Shown: piece after piece, positions 59,739 to 64,000 of the stretch | Layout of the letters: each line of letters opens with the position of its first letter | How positions within the stretch are numbered: position 1 is the stretch's first letter | NCBI GenBank assembly: GCA_051362555.1 | Contig: CM120641.1 | Location: forward strand, 1,178,001 to 1,242,000 | Length of the DNA stretch: 64,000 bases | DNA from: Lingula anatina | Taxonomy: Eukaryota > Animalia > Brachiopoda | Direction of reading: 5' to 3' | The notes under the pieces: generated by a model | Seen by the model: only the letters and a program-made list of their open reading frames with translations | Databases searched by the model: none | What the model was told of the DNA's origin: nothing | Made by a program: the position numbers and the translations under genes

Positions 59739-62700
59739 CGGTAATGTGCCATGAATTTCGAACAGTAGAAAATAATTAAATTTGGGAAAAGATCGTTCTG
59801 GCCGAAATTCATGAAATGGAGGTGCTCAGAACTTCCAAAAGTTCGAATTTCATGGAATTCTGTCAATTTTGACCGGAAGTTGTCTGTTCGTCGCTAGGCC
59901 TTCTCCCGACGATCTATTTAGAGTTACCATAATGTATGATTGTGTGAGTGTCGGTAATTGCGACCAAAGGTATACACGTACTTTCACCCGATCACTGTGT
60001 ATGGCCCATAGATAGAGCGGTACTGTTGTCTAGGGCCGCAAAACAGCATCGTTATCAGTAGTGTCGTTTTTCAAAAGCGATTCTGGCAGCCAGAAACTAG
60101 TGTCGTTTTTCAAAAACGATCCTGGCGCTCAGAACGGGAGTGGATGGAGGGAGAGACGGCCGACGATTAGCGTCTGCCACGGCCAGATAACCTTTACTAT
60201 GGAAGCTTAGTGTTACCGTTGCTCCTTTCCGTGCACTGAAACTGAGACGACAGCCGATCAGTGTCTATGGCGCACGTGCAGGTAGCCTTCATCTGCGATA
60301 AGTGTCTTCCGCGACCAGGTTCGTTGCCTTTACCGTTAAAGTCGGGCGGAGCTTTACGCGCGAATGCGTCCTCATCTCGCCGTTCGCGGGTCGGTTTCTC
60401 CGACGCATACGTAGCCTTCCCTGCAGAAGCCGGCCTCGGCACTACGGCCTCTCCTCCGTGCAGGAAGGCTACTACGACCGCAGATCGGTATGTGCGGCGA
60501 ACAGGTAGCCTTCGCCGAACTGTGTATTACTGTGTATTACGGTCTCTCTCCGTCGTGCGCTGCGACCAAGATGACCGCTGATTGTTGTCTGCGATCAAAT
60601 ATACTAGGTTTGGGGGGGGGGGGGGGGGGGTGCAGGGCCGTTTTTTTTTTTCGCTCAGGCAACCCAATCTTAACCAGCAGCAGCAACTAATTTCCTGCCG
60701 CATAGTTGCGTCAATGTACGCATTTGAAAAGCGTGTACGTTTTGTCATTGAAACCATCTTCAAACAAACGCGAGGTAATCTAGAGTAAACCGAAAAGGCA
60801 GTTTTTATATTCGTTCAAGGGACTGGAAGATCGTCAATGGGAGATAGTGAGCGATCTGAGCGCGACAATAAGCCAATTTCCACACTAGTTCAAGGGACTT
60901 CGTTACTATATTCGTCAGCAAGAGATCGTCAGCGATCCGAGCAAGCATAGAAGCTTGGACTTTTTGTCCATGCTAGATGGCAATTTTCATGTAGTCAGCA
61001 GGATATGGTTTGCTGGTTTGCGACAGGGGCGTAACCAGGCATACGCACGGGTACACTGTGCGTATATACTTTTTTGGCTAACCATGATATTATTCTCTAT
61101 TAATCTAGTGTACTTTTCAAGGAATATTATCGAAAATCCCCTTCGATTATAAGTTAATGTCACCTGAATGTACAAATTCTCTGTATAATTTATATATGCA
61201 CCATTGTTCTGACACCCTTCTCGTTTGCTTTCACAGAACTGAGGTAAACAATACTAGTTACCATCTGAAGTCCGATCTTAATCGTCCATCTACCTGGAAC
61301 TTGCTTTACCTCTTAATTAGAGGGTAAAGTGCCCTTCAGCTCACAGGTAGCTTTTGTCTTGAGTGTATCGAACGCGATATTTATCTCAGATAAAAATCTA
61401 CCTGTGTGTTATTTCAAAGAGCTCCTCCAGCAGACCTGGGGGCACTAGATAAATCTGATCATCGGGCTAAACAAGGAGCCAGAGAAACAAAGGAAGAGTG
61501 ATTTTTCCTGCAAAGTTTCAAAGAATTTTGACACGGACTTGATCCAGCTTAACCCTCCAAACTAACGGGGTGACATGGGCAATTTTTACAAAATTTACAA
61601 ACAATTAAACTTAGATATATTACAATTTTATCCTTTAATATAATTTTGGGAGGCATGCACCCGCATGTAAGCTGGGTGAAGTCAGTAAGCCCCTTGTTAA
61701 ATAAATATACCCTTATGAGCAAGGCAATTTGGACGGCCGCTGACATCACCGGACGGCCTATATTTTCAAAGACGGCTAGACGGCTTGCGCTTTTTTTTAA
61801 TGACGTCTTGGCTTGTCGGGACAGCCGTGGACGTTGTAAGAAATTTTCTTAGAGTAATTTGACGTACCTAGCTTTTATGATGCGTCACAGATGAATGGTA
61901 CTACTTTGTAGTGTACGCTGATATTCAGTCACGACGAAACTAGTTCCTAAAGCTTACAAAACACAATAAAATGTTTCTATGAACTTTAAGATACACATTC
62001 CACGCCGTATGCAGCAGTGACAAGAGTGACCTTCATGCGGTACAAAACACTAAGCAAACTACAGGCCAATTTGTGAAATTGGACACCTTCCGGACCTTCA
62101 TACGCACGGCAACTGACAAAGCTGATTGACAAAAAGGAAAATTTCAAATTTTCAGCGAGAGATCGTTCGCAATCCGAGAGAGACCAGGAGGCAATTTTCA
62201 TATTTGTTAAAGAGACTTCGTAAGCCAAAGGGCGAGACGAGAACGCAATTTTCGTATCGTCAGCGTCGCAATCCGAGTGAAACGAGAAAGCTCATACTCG
62301 TTCAGTGGCTTTCGTTTGCGGCAGATCGTCAGCCGGAGATCGTTCTCGATTGTTTTTAACCCTCCATCCCTCCCCATTGGAATTTATGATTTTTAAAAAT
62401 ATTTTTCATTTCATTTGTACATTTCAAGGGACTTCATTAGCGGAAGATCGTCAGCGGGAGATCGTGAACGATCTGAGCGAGACAAGAAAGCAATAATGGT
62501 AATCTTTATTGCAGCTCTTAATATTGCTCTTTTGTTCTGTTACTGAAGTCTCTACTGTTAACAATGCTATTGTTCGCCTCAGCAAAACTACCGATCGCTA
62601 TCTCACACCGAATACTGCGGTAAAGAAACAACAGCCCGACAGTACAACTCTTAATAGATTCTTCTGTTATCTGAATGAATGGATATAACAATGTTGTTTA

Positions 62701-62976
62701 GCGTCCTAAACTAACTGTACTGATCGTTAACTTGCACCTTGGGCCGCACACGTAGTACTCAGGTAAAGGTACGCTAGGGCAACATTGCCGACTGTTAGAA
62801 CTTTATAAGCGCGAGAATAGCCCGGTGGCCGATTTTAAGGTGTACGAAATTCACGAAATGAAGATCGCGCAAAATTGCTTACTGGCCGAAATTCATGGTC
62901 CAGAAAAAACTCCAGACGGCCGATTTTAAGATCGTTCGAAATTCAAGAGCCGTTCGAAATTCATGGCACTTTACCG
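59739..62976. mobile_element. Non-autonomous Tc1/mariner-superfamily (pogo-like) element, 3238 bp
   Basis: TA|CGGTAATGTGCCATGAATTTCGAAC ... GTTCGAAATTCATGGCACTTTACCG|TA (25-bp TIR, 1 mismatch, TA duplication); subterminal CGAAATTCATG repeats at both ends; no transposase ORF. Confidence 0.88.
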
Positions 62977-63054
62977 TATGTAAATTTTGAATGTTCAATT
63001 TAATTTCCTAATACGTACCATGATAAATAGTTCTACTAGGATCAGTATAACAAC

Positions 63055-63304
63055 TAAGATTGGGTTCCCATCCTTAGCTCGATCTAACAGGATCTGTCCA
63101 TCTCCACAAGGTTTCTCACTAAATTGTTTTCAGCTTAAGTGGCTTTGATGTCTGGCACACCTGCTAAACAATAGTTACCCCCTATCAGCTTCAGTAGGTG
63201 TGACAGACATCTAAGCCGCTTAAGTTAATTGCAATTAAGCAAGAATCGCCTTGGAGATAGTTTGATCCAAAGTGGGTACAATAGTCTCTGGGAATGGTCT
63301 CTTA
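63055..63304. mobile_element. About 250-bp dispersed MITE-like repeat, family copy 2
   Basis: See 54364-54617. Confidence 0.8.
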
Positions 63305-64000
63305 CTTACAAACTACCATTACTGTTAGTATCTGTTGAACTTCACAGCTGTGTCAAGGCGAGGCGGCTTCTTCAATGTTCACTGTATTGTGCAATATCAA
63401 AATAGCAATGACATGCAGATATACAAGTCAGATTATGTTTTTACTTTAAAAACATTACTTGGGAAGTCTATCTCATGATGTTCTTCTTCTTCTTATTATT
63501 ATTATTATATTTATCATTACTACAATTAGAGAAAAAGTTCTTCAATGACAGAATACAAATATTTGTTTATGTTAAAAAATATTGATTACACATGTGATGA
63601 TGCTTTGATCATCCTAAATTTTTCAATCAAGCTTGTTCCTATTCACAGTAAAGGTATGATGCTGGTTCAAACCATCTATTTGCTCAGCTCCTCACTCATC
63701 TTATATCTGCCGGTTCAGATGAGGTACCTCCAGCTCTCATACATAATATCTAAAGACTAAACTGTAAGTTATACATCTTAATGTCAGTTTTTACGCCACA
63801 TCTCCTCGCTAGGTGGTTCATCAGTACAAGTGTATGCCTTTCACCTGGTCTCTTTGGTTTACCAAATCACTCCCTGTCCTAAGAACTAGATAATAATGCT
63901 CAAGTCTTACACTGTTTACAAGCTAACTCAAGCCTGTTAGTGTTCACTGTGAGTTAGGACATTGTATTCGGTGTAAGATCTGAATACAATGTTTATAGAT

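Noticed and set aside
60197-60788. Cluster of overlapping ORFs as a transposase or viral gene
   Set aside because: No recognisable domain; explained by high GC and a poly-G tract.
61549-61560. TTAACCCT piggyBac-like terminus
   Set aside because: No matching AGGGTTAA end found nearby.

Overview
AT-rich eukaryotic genomic DNA from an invertebrate animal. A lophotrochozoan or mollusc is suggested by the repeat and GPCR style, but this is inference. Three protein-coding genes lie on the minus strand, reconstructed by hand from splice sites and exon phases. (1) The 5' five coding exons of an LRRC74-like leucine-rich-repeat gene (6281->1311, continuing off the left edge), with a decayed Tc1 (DD34E) transposon in intron 5. 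(2) An intronless-CDS rhodopsin-class peptide/chemosensory-type GPCR (14128->13049). (3) A complete 15-coding-exon CEP170-family gene (52910->24555, about 1648 aa). The CEP170 gene contains a clear U12-type AT-AC minor-spliceosome intron (45918-46263), a recursive-splice-like exon start, a NAGNAG acceptor and a candidate upstream coding exon. Its 6-kb first coding intron carries an antisense, element-like cassette with decayed spliced exons, a 59-60 bp minisatellite and an intact 76-aa stand-alone C4HC3 RING ORF with TATA box and polyA signal; this is the most novel-looking item. Also present are several MITEs and non-autonomous DNA transposons, a 3.2-kb TA-flanked Tc1/mariner-pogo-like element, a perfect 38-bp palindrome and simple repeats. 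No rRNA, tRNA or CRISPR was seen. Most short ORFs in the supplied track are spurious or antisense shadows of real exons.
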